Below are positions 27,075-38,000 of a stretch of DNA of 39,936 nt, one piece after another (the first letter of the stretch is position 1; every line of letters starts with the position of its first letter). The position numbers and the translations under genes were made by a program. Origin of the DNA: Methylovulum sp. (GTDB lineage: Bacteria > Pseudomonadota > Gammaproteobacteria > Methylococcales > Methylomonadaceae); NCBI GenBank assembly GCA_004299465.1, contig SCST01000394.1:1-39936 (forward strand), read 5' to 3'. Below the pieces are notes generated by a model. It was not told where the DNA came from, searched no databases, and worked only from the letters and a program-made list of their open reading frames with translations.

Positions 27075-29258
27075 ATGATTGCCAAGCATGTCGCGATGAA
27101 GTCGGTGAAGAAAAGTGATTTTGCCGAATTGGTTAGTTACATGACTGACGAGCAAGAGAAGAACGAGCGGGTTGGTTTCGTGTCGGTCACTAATTGCCAA
27201 TCAGACCGACCGGATGCGGCTGTTCTTGAAGTCATCAATACGCAGGGGAAAAACACTCGCGCGGAGTCTGATAAAACCTTTCATTTAATGGTGAGTTTTC
27301 CGCCCGGTGAACAGCCGGACGATGTGATTTTGAAGGCTATTGAGGCACAACTTTGCGAAGGCTTGGGTTACGGTGAACATCAGCGTGTAAGTGTTGTGCA
27401 TCACGATACCGACAATTTGCATATCCATATTGCCGTCAACAAAATTCATCCGACTCGATACACCATTCACGATCCCTATTACGGCCATAAAGTTATTGGA
27501 CAGCTTTGCGAAAAGCTTGAGCAAAAATACGGGCTTACACAGGTCAACCATAAGGCTAGAAACACGGCATCAGAAAATCAGGCCGCCGACATGGAGCATC
27601 ACGCAGGCATTGAAAGCTTGTTGAGCTGGGTTAAACGCGAATGCCTGGATCAAATGCAATCCGCGAATTCATGGGCAGGATTGCATCAGGTGTTGCAAGA
27701 GAATGGTCTTGCATTGCGGGAGCGCGGCAACGGGCTTGTGATTGCCGATCAGGATGGTTTGATGGTTAAGGCAAGTTCCGTCTCGCGTGAATTTTCAAAG
27801 AGCAAGCTTGAGGATAAGTTTGGTCAGTTTGTGCCGACCGCTGACCAGTCTGTGAATGCCGACCAAACAGCGAAAAATAAGTACGAAGCTCGTCCTGTCT
27901 GTTCCCATATCGATACCACCTTGTTGTTTGCCCAGTACCGGGCAGAACAAAAAAACAAAATTGTTAATCGTGCTAAGGAATGGAAGCTTGCCCGTGATAA
28001 CAAGAATCGGTTGATTGAAGAAGCTAAGCGTTCTAATAACTTAAAACGGGCGTCAATTAAGCTCATAGCCAAGTCTAGGGAAGAAAAGAAGCTGCTTTAT
28101 TCAATCGCTAGCAAAGGTCGGCACACAGCGATAGAACATATAAATGTGCAGTATCGCCGAGAGAAGGAAAAGATATTTGAGAAGCATCAGGCGCAGCAGT
28201 GGATCGACTGGTTGCGGAGTAAAGCGATTGAGGGCGACAAGGAGGCACTGGCTGCCCTTCGTGCGCGAGAAGCAGCGCAAGGTCTTAAAGGCGACACCAT
28301 CGGTGCTGGTGACGGTCAACGGTTGAAATCGGGAATCAAGGCTGATCAGGATAGCGTCACCAAAAAAGGCACCATCATCTATCGGGTAGGTACGTCCGCC
28401 ATTCGAGACGATGGCGACAAGCTAAAGGTGTCCAGGGAGGCTACAAAAGAAGGGCTGGAAGCGGCCTTACGCATGGCAATGGAGCGGTACGGTAATCGAA
28501 TCACGGTCAACGGCACTGACGACTTCAGAGAGAAGATTGTCCGTGCGGCGGTGACAGCCAAGCTTCAAATCACATTTGCCGATGCCGCCTTAGAGCGTAG
28601 GCGGCAATCTTTATTATCTTCGGAGAGTAACCATGACTCAACAAATCATCAAGGACGAGGAACTGGAAGCGGCGTTAATGTCGTTGGATCAACCGCAATC
28701 GCTACAAGCCCAACAGGGCAGGGCATCAATAACGGAATCAACCGATTCGGATTCTCAGCTAAGCCCAACATTGGCCGCGTTGGAAGCCAGCCGCCGCCCG
28801 AAAGTCGCAACGGCTTGCGAAACTTGTCCAACCTCGATGTGGTTTGCATCACCAGCGGAAGTGAAATGTTATTGCCGGGCAATGTATCTAATCGTCTGGA
28901 GCAGCAAGGAACCCAACCAGATAACACACTGCGACGGCCAATTTCTGATGCAAGATTAGATGCTTCCGCAATTGCTGCGGCAGATCAGTATATTGAAGAG
29001 CGTGAACAGAAACGCATTAAAATAGTCGATATATCGAAATATAGGCGATATAATGAAACCGACATTGGTAATGCGACATTTTCCGGGATTCGTCGAATTG
29101 AAGGGCAATCATTGGTTCTTCTAAAACGCGGCGAGGAAATTGTGGTGATGCCGATTAACGAGGCAACCGTCCGCCAGATGAAAAGGCTATCTATAGGCGA
29201 TCCTGTCACCATTGCTGAAAATGGGTCGATTAAGACGACGAAAGGAAGGCGCAGATGA
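27075..29258 (+). CDS. traI: MOBP relaxase TraI
   Basis: Catalytic Tyr in LVSYMTD, FHLMVSF, HHDTDNLHIHIAVNKIHP; 727 aa. Confidence 0.96.
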   Translation: MIAKHVAMKSVKKSDFAELVSYMTDEQEKNERVGFVSVTNCQSDRPDAAVLEVINTQGKNTRAESDKTFHLMVSFPPGEQPDDVILKAIEAQLCEGLGYGEHQRVSVVHHDTDNLHIHIAVNKIHPTRYTIHDPYYGHKVIGQLCEKLEQKYGLTQVNHKARNTASENQAADMEHHAGIESLLSWVKRECLDQMQSANSWAGLHQVLQENGLALRERGNGLVIADQDGLMVKASSVSREFSKSKLEDKFGQFVPTADQSVNADQTAKNKYEARPVCSHIDTTLLFAQYRAEQKNKIVNRAKEWKLARDNKNRLIEEAKRSNNLKRASIKLIAKSREEKKLLYSIASKGRHTAIEHINVQYRREKEKIFEKHQAQQWIDWLRSKAIEGDKEALAALRAREAAQGLKGDTIGAGDGQRLKSGIKADQDSVTKKGTIIYRVGTSAIRDDGDKLKVSREATKEGLEAALRMAMERYGNRITVNGTDDFREKIVRAAVTAKLQITFADAALERRRQSLLSSESNHDSTNHQGRGTGSGVNVVGSTAIATSPTGQGINNGINRFGFSAKPNIGRVGSQPPPESRNGLRNLSNLDVVCITSGSEMLLPGNVSNRLEQQGTQPDNTLRRPISDARLDASAIAAADQYIEEREQKRIKIVDISKYRRYNETDIGNATFSGIRRIEGQSLVLLKRGEEIVVMPINEATVRQMKRLSIGDPVTIAENGSIKTTKGRRR
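28633..28959 (+). CDS. traH: Relaxosome-stabilising protein TraH, nested in traI in another frame
   Basis: SPTL.AL..SRRPK..CETCP.S.WFASPAE.KCYCR..WSSKEPNQ.THCDG matches RP4 TraH; GGAGAG RBS. Confidence 0.9.
   Translation: MTQQIIKDEELEAALMSLDQPQSLQAQQGRASITESTDSDSQLSPTLAALEASRRPKVATACETCPTSMWFASPAEVKCYCRAMYLIVWSSKEPNQITHCDGQFLMQD
29026..29054 (+). promoter_or_regulatory. Candidate traG promoter inside traI with a TrbA-operator-like palindrome
   Basis: TCGATATATCGA palindrome 29026-29037 and -10 TATAAT 29049-29054. RP4 traGp also lies within traI. Confidence 0.6.
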
Positions 29259-31162
29259 AAGATAAGTTTAATAATGCCGTTGGGCCGCAGGTACGGGCGG
29301 CAAGGCCAAAAGCAAGCAAGGTTATTCCTGTTTTGGGTATGGCTACGCTGGTTGGCGGTCTACAATCGGCGACACAATTCTTTGCGGCTGAATTTGGATA
29401 CCAGTCTGTGCTGGGGGCTAATTTCAAGCATATCTATGCGCCTTGGGCTATAGCGCAATGGGCAGGGAAATGGTACGGGCATTATCCAGACGGTTTCATG
29501 CGGGCGGCGAGTATTGGTATCACTGTTAGCGCCGTTGGCTTATTGACACTTGTGGTCATTAAAATGGTTCAAGCCAACTCATCAAAAGCAAATCTGTATC
29601 TTCACGGTTCCGCCCGATGGGCAAACATAAAAGATATTCAAGATGCCGGTCTTCTGCTTAGGCCGCGCACGTTTTGGCAAATCATAACCGGTAAAGATTC
29701 TGCACCGAATACGGGTGTCTATGTCGGTGCTTGGTTGGACGGACACGGTAAACAGCATTATTTGAGGCACAACGGCCCTGAGCATGTCTTGTGCTATGCG
29801 CCGACCCGTTCCGGTAAAGGCGTTGGTTTGGTTGTGCCGACTTTGCTTTCATGGCCTCACAGCTGCGTTATTACCGACCTAAAGGGCGAATTGTGGGAAT
29901 TGACGGCGGGATGGCGGCAAACGCATGGCAAGAACAAGGTATTGCGTTTCGAGCCTGCTGCACTCAATGGCTGTATCTGCTGGAATCCGCTTGATGAAAT
30001 TCGTATCGGCACCGAGTACGAAGTAGGAGATGTTCAAAATCTGGCGACCTTGATTGTCGATCCAGACGGCAAGGGCTTAGAAAGTCACTGGCAAAAGACG
30101 GCGCAAGCGCTTCTTGTCGGCGTAATCCTGCACGCCTTGTTCAAAGCTAAAACCGAGGGAACACCGGCCACGTTGCCTGCTGTTGATGCAATGCTGTCTG
30201 ATCCCAGCCGGGACATAGCCGAACTGTGGATGGAAATGGTGACATACGGCCATGTAGACGGACATAACCACCCGGTTGTCGGTTCGTCTGCCCGTGACAT
30301 GATGGATAGGCCCGACGAAGAGGCCGGATCGGTATTGTCTACAGCCAAGTCGTATTTATCCTTATATCGCGATCCTATTGTTGCCCGTAATGTCAGCACA
30401 TCAGAATTCAAGATAAGGGATTTGATGAACCATGATAGTCCAGTCAGTTTGTACATCGTCACCCAGCCTAATGATAAGGCCAGACTTCGGTCTTTGGTGC
30501 GGGTTATGGTCAACATGATTGTCCGTCTGTTGGCCGACAAGATGGAATTCGAAAACGGGCGGCCTAAAGCCCATTACAAACACCGTCTTTTAATGATGCT
30601 TGACGAATTTCCAAGTTTAGGTCGCCTTGAAATCCTGCAAGAGTCGTTGGCGTTCGTGGCCGGTTATGGGATCAAGTGTTACTTGATCTGCCAGGACATT
30701 AACCAGCTCAAGAGCCGTGAAACCGGCTATGGACAAGATGAAAGCATTACTTCGAATTGTCATGTCCAGAATGCCTATCCGCCTAACCGAATTGAAACAG
30801 CCGAACACCTGTCCAAGCTCACCGGACAAACCACCGTCGCTAAAGAACAAATCACCACCAGCGGCAGACGAACTAGCGCCTTGTTGGGTCAGGTATCGAG
30901 GACAATACAGGAGGTTCAGCGGCCTTTGTTGACCACCGACGAATGTTTGCGAATGCCAGGGTCAAGGAAAAATGTGGAAGGTCTTATAGATAAACCGGGC
31001 GACATGGTTGTGTATGTTGCCGGATTCCCGGCGATATACGGCGTTCAGCCTTTGTATTTTCAAGACGCTGTATTTCAAGCCCGTGCCTCTATTCCGGCAC
31101 CGAAACAAAGTGACTTGTTAATTCTGGCGCATGTTCAAGCAGGGGAGGGCATCAAGATATGA
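29255..31162 (+). CDS. traG: Type IV coupling protein TraG (VirD4-like)
   Basis: HGSARWA, APTRSGKG, MLDEFPSLG; 635 aa. Confidence 0.96.
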   Translation: MKDKFNNAVGPQVRAARPKASKVIPVLGMATLVGGLQSATQFFAAEFGYQSVLGANFKHIYAPWAIAQWAGKWYGHYPDGFMRAASIGITVSAVGLLTLVVIKMVQANSSKANLYLHGSARWANIKDIQDAGLLLRPRTFWQIITGKDSAPNTGVYVGAWLDGHGKQHYLRHNGPEHVLCYAPTRSGKGVGLVVPTLLSWPHSCVITDLKGELWELTAGWRQTHGKNKVLRFEPAALNGCICWNPLDEIRIGTEYEVGDVQNLATLIVDPDGKGLESHWQKTAQALLVGVILHALFKAKTEGTPATLPAVDAMLSDPSRDIAELWMEMVTYGHVDGHNHPVVGSSARDMMDRPDEEAGSVLSTAKSYLSLYRDPIVARNVSTSEFKIRDLMNHDSPVSLYIVTQPNDKARLRSLVRVMVNMIVRLLADKMEFENGRPKAHYKHRLLMMLDEFPSLGRLEILQESLAFVAGYGIKCYLICQDINQLKSRETGYGQDESITSNCHVQNAYPPNRIETAEHLSKLTGQTTVAKEQITTSGRRTSALLGQVSRTIQEVQRPLLTTDECLRMPGSRKNVEGLIDKPGDMVVYVAGFPAIYGVQPLYFQDAVFQARASIPAPKQSDLLILAHVQAGEGIKI

Positions 31163-31692
31163 AACGCTTATCGCTAATAACCTTATACCTTGGAGTATCT
31201 GTCTTGTTGCTGGGGTTCTGTGCTTATGCGACCGGCGCACGGATTAATACGACACATAGCATACCGGTTGGCCTTTATTGGATGACGGATAAACCGATAG
31301 AAAAGGGGGCTTATGTGATTTTCTGCCCGCCACCCAGTGATGTCTTTGATGAAGCCAAGCAGCGCGGGTACTTCAGGGCTGGTTTTTGTCCGGGTGATTA
31401 CGAATACCTGATGAAAAAAATTTTAGCCGCTAAAAAAGATAAGGTCAGCGTGGCCGATGACGGTGTTCGTGTTAATGGTGAGTTATTGCCGTTCAGTGCG
31501 CCACTGAAGGCCGATAGCTATGGGCGTCCATTGCCCGTCTTGCGGACTGACTATGTGCTAGGCGACGATGATTTGTTGTTAATGACCGATGTGAGTGCAA
31601 CGTCTTTTGACAGCCGTTATTTCGGGCTTATCAATCGTTCTTTCATCAAGGGCGTGATTCGCCCGATTTTTACTTGGTTCAAGGTTTCATAA
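31159..31692 (+). CDS. traF: Pilin maturase TraF (S26 peptidase)
   Basis: INTTHSIPVGLY, LMKKILA, SFDSRYFG. Confidence 0.94.
   Translation: MKRLSLITLYLGVSVLLLGFCAYATGARINTTHSIPVGLYWMTDKPIEKGAYVIFCPPPSDVFDEAKQRGYFRAGFCPGDYEYLMKKILAAKKDKVSVADDGVRVNGELLPFSAPLKADSYGRPLPVLRTDYVLGDDDLLLMTDVSATSFDSRYFGLINRSFIKGVIRPIFTWFKVS
31422..31434. promoter_or_regulatory. KorB operator OB inside traF
   Basis: TTTAGCCGCTAAA (encodes part of ILAAK). Confidence 0.9.
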
Positions 31693-31766
31693 ATATAGGG
31701 TTTGTCGGATAGCTACTTTCGGTAAACCAGATTACAGCATAACTAACAACGGCGAGGAGTAAGACC

Positions 31767-32000
31767 ATGACGACGAATAATGAAGGTAATAACGGTTTAA
31801 ACGACGACATTAAAATGGCTATTGATAGAGAAGCCGACGCTTCAGAGGCGCTCAATGAAAAACTGCGTGACGCACAAACCCCAGGCTTTGAAGTTGAGTT
31901 TGATCCGGAGGAAGCCGAGAACGCCGGAGCTTTTGAAGAGGATGCGCTAAGTGAAGCCGATGCGTTAGAAAGCAGTACCGACTGGGTAGGCCTTGATTAG
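31767..32000 (+). CDS. traD: TraD, small acidic protein
   Basis: [27 protein letters not shown] matches RP4 TraD; GAGGAG RBS. Confidence 0.88.
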   Translation: MTTNNEGNNGLNDDIKMAIDREADASEALNEKLRDAQTPGFEVEFDPEEAENAGAFEEDALSEADALESSTDWVGLD

Positions 32001-32006
32001 ACGATC

Positions 32007-35000
32007 ATGGCAAAAACACCTAACCCGGATCAAAATGATTTATTCGATGATTGGCTAGTGCTTGCCAATGAAACCGTAGTGTCGAATGTTTCTGTCCAAA
32101 CACAAGAAAAGGAGTCAGACGACATCGTATCTATTGATAAGTCTCGCCCTATTCTCGCACTGCGTTTGGCTGAGAAACTAGACAAGGACGGGCAAATCAC
32201 CAGTAAATTCTTAACGGATGAAGCTAACCGTGTTTTCGGAGGCACTCAGGCGGAAGGTGTCTATTCTTCGAAAGATGCTTATGATGCGATGGAGGCCGCT
32301 TTCAACATCCATCTTGTCAACACGGAGAAAGCCGACTGGATTGATCACGATGCGGCATGGGCAAAAGACAAGGCGAGCGATTTAACTCGCCGCATTCAAA
32401 AATTGCCTACGCAAACCAGGCGTGATGAAGAAATGGATGAGTTCCAACAATTCAGCACACCACCGGCGTTATCGTTTGTGGCTAATTGGGTGGCGAATGT
32501 CAAGCCCACCGATGTCATGATGGAACCGTCTGCCGGTACCGGAGACTTGGCGATATGGTCAAAAATCGCCGGTGCAGTCATCGTACTGAATGAGTTATCG
32601 CAACGGCGGCAAGCTTTGCTTGCTGGCCTGTTTCCACAAGCCAAGTTGTTTCAAGAGAATGCAGAGCAGTTGAATAACGTATTGCCGACCGATACAGTTC
32701 CCACAGTTATCGTGATGAATCCGCCGTTTTCATCGACTGCCGGACGTGTGCAAGGTCAACGGGACACAACAAACGGCGCCAGACACATCGAGCAGGCTTT
32801 AAAACGTCTACAAGATGGTGGGCGGCTGGTGGCTATTGTCGGCAATGGTATGGCGGCGGATCGACCGGCATTCAGCCAATGGTGGGGAGAGCTAAAGAAA
32901 AAATATACTGTTCGTGCGAATATCGGCATATCCGGTAAGGAGTATGCGAAATACGGCACGACTTTCGATAATCAAATTTTGGTTATCGACAAAACCGGAG
33001 CTACGACCCAGCCTATTTTAACGGGCAACGTCGAGTCGGTCGCCGATTTGCCATTGCTTTTGGAGGATATTAGAAATGAACGTCAGCACATACAACCAGG
33101 ATTCATTAAACCAGCAGTCCATGCAGATACTCAAGCAGTACCGGATACCCTTCAACCCGGCAACGGAACTGGCAGCGCTGGTTCTGATACGGGAAGCATT
33201 GGAACGGAATCTGTTGGAAATCGGGGAGATTCAGGAACCCTTCTTACTGATAGCCAAACTAGCGGCGAATCCACCGTTAGCGATGTCGTTAATGACGGAA
33301 TCGGAACCGGGAGTGACCTTCAAGATGGATCTGCCGGAATCGCTGGAGGACGCAGCGGCGGCTATACTGGAGGAAATACTGGCGTCACTGAAGGCAACGG
33401 TTCCAGCAGCATTGCAATAGAAGCCAAAAGCGGTGAAATATCCGAGTTTACGGATTCTGTTTTCTCTAATTACACACCGCAACGCCTAACCATTTTAGGC
33501 GCACAACAACACCCCGGTAAATTGGTGCAGTCTGCGGCGATGTCGGCTGTAGAACCGCCCGCCCCGACTTACGCACCTGTATTGCCGAACACTCTGATAC
33601 AAGACGGATTGTTATCGATTGCCCAGCTTGAAGCTCTGGTTTATGCCGGACAAGCACATTCCGATCTGTTGCCGAACGGATCACGCAAAGGTTTTTTTAT
33701 CGGCGACGGAACCGGCGTAGGGAAAGGACGGGAAATATCCGGCATCATCTTGGACAATATGATGCAAGGCCGTAACAAAGCGGTGTGGGTATCCTTTAAT
33801 GAAGGCTTGATTGAAGATGCCAAGCGAGATTTTTCAGGTATTGGCGGTGATCCTGGGAGGCTATTCTTTCAAGGCAAGACCAAAGCCGGCAATGACATTA
33901 CCCAGTCTGACGGCATCCTGTTTACGACCTATTCGACACTGCGGGGCGGCGAGAAAAAGCAGGCCAATGACCAAGGACAACAAGCGGGTAAAACCCGTGC
34001 GCAACAGATCATAGCGTGGCTGGGGGAAGATTTCGATGGAGTGATTGCGTTTGACGAAGCGCACAGCATGGGCAATGCCATTGCGGTCAAAGGCAAGCGT
34101 GGCGTGAAAAAACCTTCTCAACAGGCACTTGCAGGGATTAATCTGCAACGCGAATTGCCCAATGCCCGTGTTGTCTATGTGTCTGCGACCGGTGCTACCG
34201 AGATCAGCAACCTCAGCTATGCGGATCGTTTGGGTTTGTGGGGTGAAGGTACGCCGTTTGCTGATGTGAACACCTTTATTAATGGTGTATCGAAGGGCGG
34301 CATCGCTTCAATGGAGTTAATCAGCCGCGACATGAAGGCGATGGGCATGTATATCGCCCGGTCGTTATCTTATGACGGTGTGAGTTACGAACGGCTGGAA
34401 CATACTCTTTCTGATTTGCAAGAGGATATTTACAACGAATTGGCCGGGTCTTGGCAGATCGTTTTAAATAACGTCGAGCAGGCGCTGGAAATCACTCAGG
34501 CCGGTAGCAGCGGCAGCGGAAAAAGCGCGGCAATGGCGCAGTTTTGGGGAGCGCATCAGCGGTTCTTTAATCAAGTCATCACCGCTATGCAAACGCCTCG
34601 CGTGATTGATGATATTCGCCAGCAGCTCGATGCCGGACATGTTGCCGTGATTCAGCTGGTCAATACCAATGAGGCGGCACAAGAACGCATCATTGCCGAC
34701 GCAACAGCGAATGACGCCGCCCTTGAGGATTTGGATTTCACGCCACGGCAAATGCTGATGGATTATGTTAGACACGGTTTTCCGGTTGCGGCCTATCAAG
34801 AATCGAAGGACGATAACGGCAACACCGTTTATGTTCCGGTTAAGGATTCGGAAGGGAATCCGGTATTTGATCGTGAAGCGATTGCTTTGCGGGATGCCTT
34901 GCTGGAAACGCTGCAACAAATTCGTGTGCCTGAAAATCCACTCGATTCAATCATCAACGCCTTTGGCTCTGACATCGTGGCCGAAGTGACAGGCCGTAGC

Positions 35001-38000
35001 CGCCGATTTGTCCAGACCCGTGATGAGGAAGGCAATTTGAAAGTCGTTGAAGAAAAGCGCGGTAAGCATTCATCAAGGGCCGATGCCGAGGCGTTCCAAA
35101 ACGATAAAAAGAAGATACTGGTGTTTTCTGGGGCTGGCGGAACCGGTTACAGCTTTCATGCCGACAATACCGCCGAAAATCAACGCAAGCGCATCCATTA
35201 CATTTTACAGCCGGGTTGGCGAGCCGATGCAGCAGTGCAAGGCTTTGGCCGCACCCATCGCACGAACCAGGCTAATGAGCCGCATTATGTGTTGCCCACC
35301 ACCAATCTGAAAGCGCAAAAGCGGTTTGTGTCGTCAATAGCGCGTCGCTTGGATCAGCTGGGCGCATTGACGCGTGGCCAGCGTGAGGCAACCAGCCAGG
35401 GCATGTTTACGGCGGCTGACAATCTTGAAAGCCAATATGCCACTACAGCACTAAACAACTTCTTTAGTGATCTCTATCGCGGCAAAATGGGTTTGTCTTT
35501 CCATGATATTACCAAGCAGATGGGTTTGAATCTGCTTGATGAAAATGCCGCCTTTTCAGAAAGCAAGATACCGGCTATTCCACAGTTTTTGAATCGGCTG
35601 CTGTCGCTTAAAACCGGCCAACAAAACGCGGTGTTCGGTGAGTTTGAGAAGCGGCTGGTTGAGGCGGTTGAGTATGCAAAACAACAAGGGTTATTTGACG
35701 TTGGCTTGCAAACGTTGACCGCCGCGAGCATCAAGAAAACCCGCGATGATGTTGCTTATGAGGATAAGAAAACCGGGGCGCAAACGCGGTATGTCGAGTT
35801 GGCGGTAACGACTACCATTGATTATGACGAATGGCCGGATGTCCAAAAAATAGCCCATAACCGCAGGCATCATGTCGATGATTTAAGCGGTTGGTTTGTT
35901 TCTGAGTTTGGCAAGAATAAAGGCGATGTTTTCTTCCTTGCGGATATTGGTGAACGGCTGGATTCGGAAGGCCATGCGGTTCGACGGGGCGTTGTTCATA
36001 CCATTAAAAAGGACGGGTATCATTATGTCGATAACGCGGACATACTTCAGCGAGGTTGGGAACACAGAGCATTTGCAGTTAATGGCGTACACACTTATCA
36101 GAAAATCACCCTCACCCGAGCCATTGATGAGATAGAAGCTGAAAAACTTTGGACAGCACAAGTCGATAACGCCCCTAAGACAGAGACGAAAACCGAGAGG
36201 ATGCTGGTCGGTGTAATCCTGCCTATTTGGGATCGAGTTGAAGGGTCTGAGACGATCAAACGATTGCAAACCGACGATGGCGAGCAGTTGCTGGGGCGAC
36301 TGATGGGGCCTAAATCCGCTAAACAAACGCTGAAAAACCTGGGGCTTGAGTCCGATCTGATCAATATGTCGGCCAGCGAATTGTTCAGTTCAATCAAAAA
36401 TGGCAACAAAGCCATTTTGTCAAACGGCTGGGAAATCGCAATAGCCAAGGTCAACCATGAAGATCGCATCGAGATTAAAGGGCGCAGTTATTTAACCGAT
36501 GCTGAAAAGCGTGTGCTGAAAGATCAAGGCGCATTTATTGAGCGCATCAGTTGGGCAGATAGGGTATTTATTCCCACCGGCGAAAACGGCATTGAGGTAT
36601 TCGAGCGAATTACCGCATCGAAACCTGTTGTTGAGCTGATCAATAAAAACCGGAGCAAGAACGTTAACGAGGAAGAGCCAACCTATAGAATGGCTCAAAT
36701 AACCCCGAACGAGAATGCCATTCCAGATACCCGTGGCGATTCGATGATCGAGAACGTAAGCGGCGGCTTACACTTTAGCAGTGATAGCCATCAGGAGGTT
36801 ATTTCAATGGATAAAAAGAAAGCATTCCATGAAACCGTTGCGGAAAAGCTAATCGAGCAACTGAAGCAAGGTACTGCCCCGTGGCAGAAGCCTTGGCAGC
36901 CTGGAGAATACGGTTCTTTTTTACCGTTTAACCCGGTGACAGGTAATCGATACAAAGGCATTAACGTCTTGCATTTAATATCACAGGAGCGGGACGATCA
37001 GCGTTGGATGACTTACAAGCAAGCCGCCGATGCAGGCGCTCAAGTCCGTAAAGGCGAGAAAGGGACAGGTATTCAATACTGGAAATTTTCCGATGAACAC
37101 ATCAAGAAAGACGCCGCCGGAAAGCCGATACTAGATGGCGATGGCAAGCCAGTTAAAGAGATCATTAGGCTGGAAAGACCACGCGCATTCTTTGCGACAG
37201 TTTTCAACGCCGAGCAGATTGACGGCTTGCCACCGATCCAGCGTAAGGAACAAACCTGGAATCCCATCGAACGAGCCGAAGGTATTTTAACGGCATCCGG
37301 TGCTGAAATTAATCATAACGGTGGAAGCCGGGCTTTTTATCGGCCATCAACCGATAGTATCCATTTGCCGGATAAGGGACAGTTTCCAAACGCCGAAAAC
37401 TATTATGCGACAGCCTTGCATGAACTTGGACATTGGACAGGCCATCAGGATAGGCTAGACCGCGACCTTGCTCATCCGTTCGGAAGCGAAGGGTACGCCA
37501 AGGAAGAATTACGTGCTGAAATTGCCAGCATGATTTTAGGTGATGAGTTGGGTATCGGTCACGATCCCAGTCAACACGCTGCTTATGTCGGTTCGTGGAT
37601 CAAGAAATTGCAAGACGATCCGTTGGAAGTGTTCCGGGCGGCGGCAGATGCCGAGAAAATCCAGGCTTATGTGTTGGATCTTGAACAAAAGCAGGTGCAA
37701 GAAAAAACCGCGCAATGGCAACAGGATCAGGATAAAGAGGGGCTATCGACAGTGTTGGCGGTTGGCATTGAATCGGTATTGCAACGGCCTGAAGAAACGA
37801 GCTTCGATCATTTTCAGGACTACGAAGGCGATAATATGGATGAGGCGTTACGGCATCATGGCTTTAATACCGTAGGCGATATAACAGGCACTGTACCTGG
37901 GCAATTCTTCGATACGGCGATTAAGAGTTTATCGCCTGTATTTGGCATTGATCCCGCTGACGAAAACATGAACAACGCCTATCTTGAGCGTAAAGGGCTT

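Noticed and set aside
28633-28959. Nested gene in traI as a novelty
   Set aside because: It is traH, a known nested gene of IncP relaxase operons; listed as a feature only
37540-37875. Second +1-frame ORF inside traC (also 33811, 34765, 35047, 35896)
   Set aside because: These overlap conserved domains of the host frame, lack a convincing RBS and have Arg/Cys/Trp-rich off-frame composition, unlike 33076-33420
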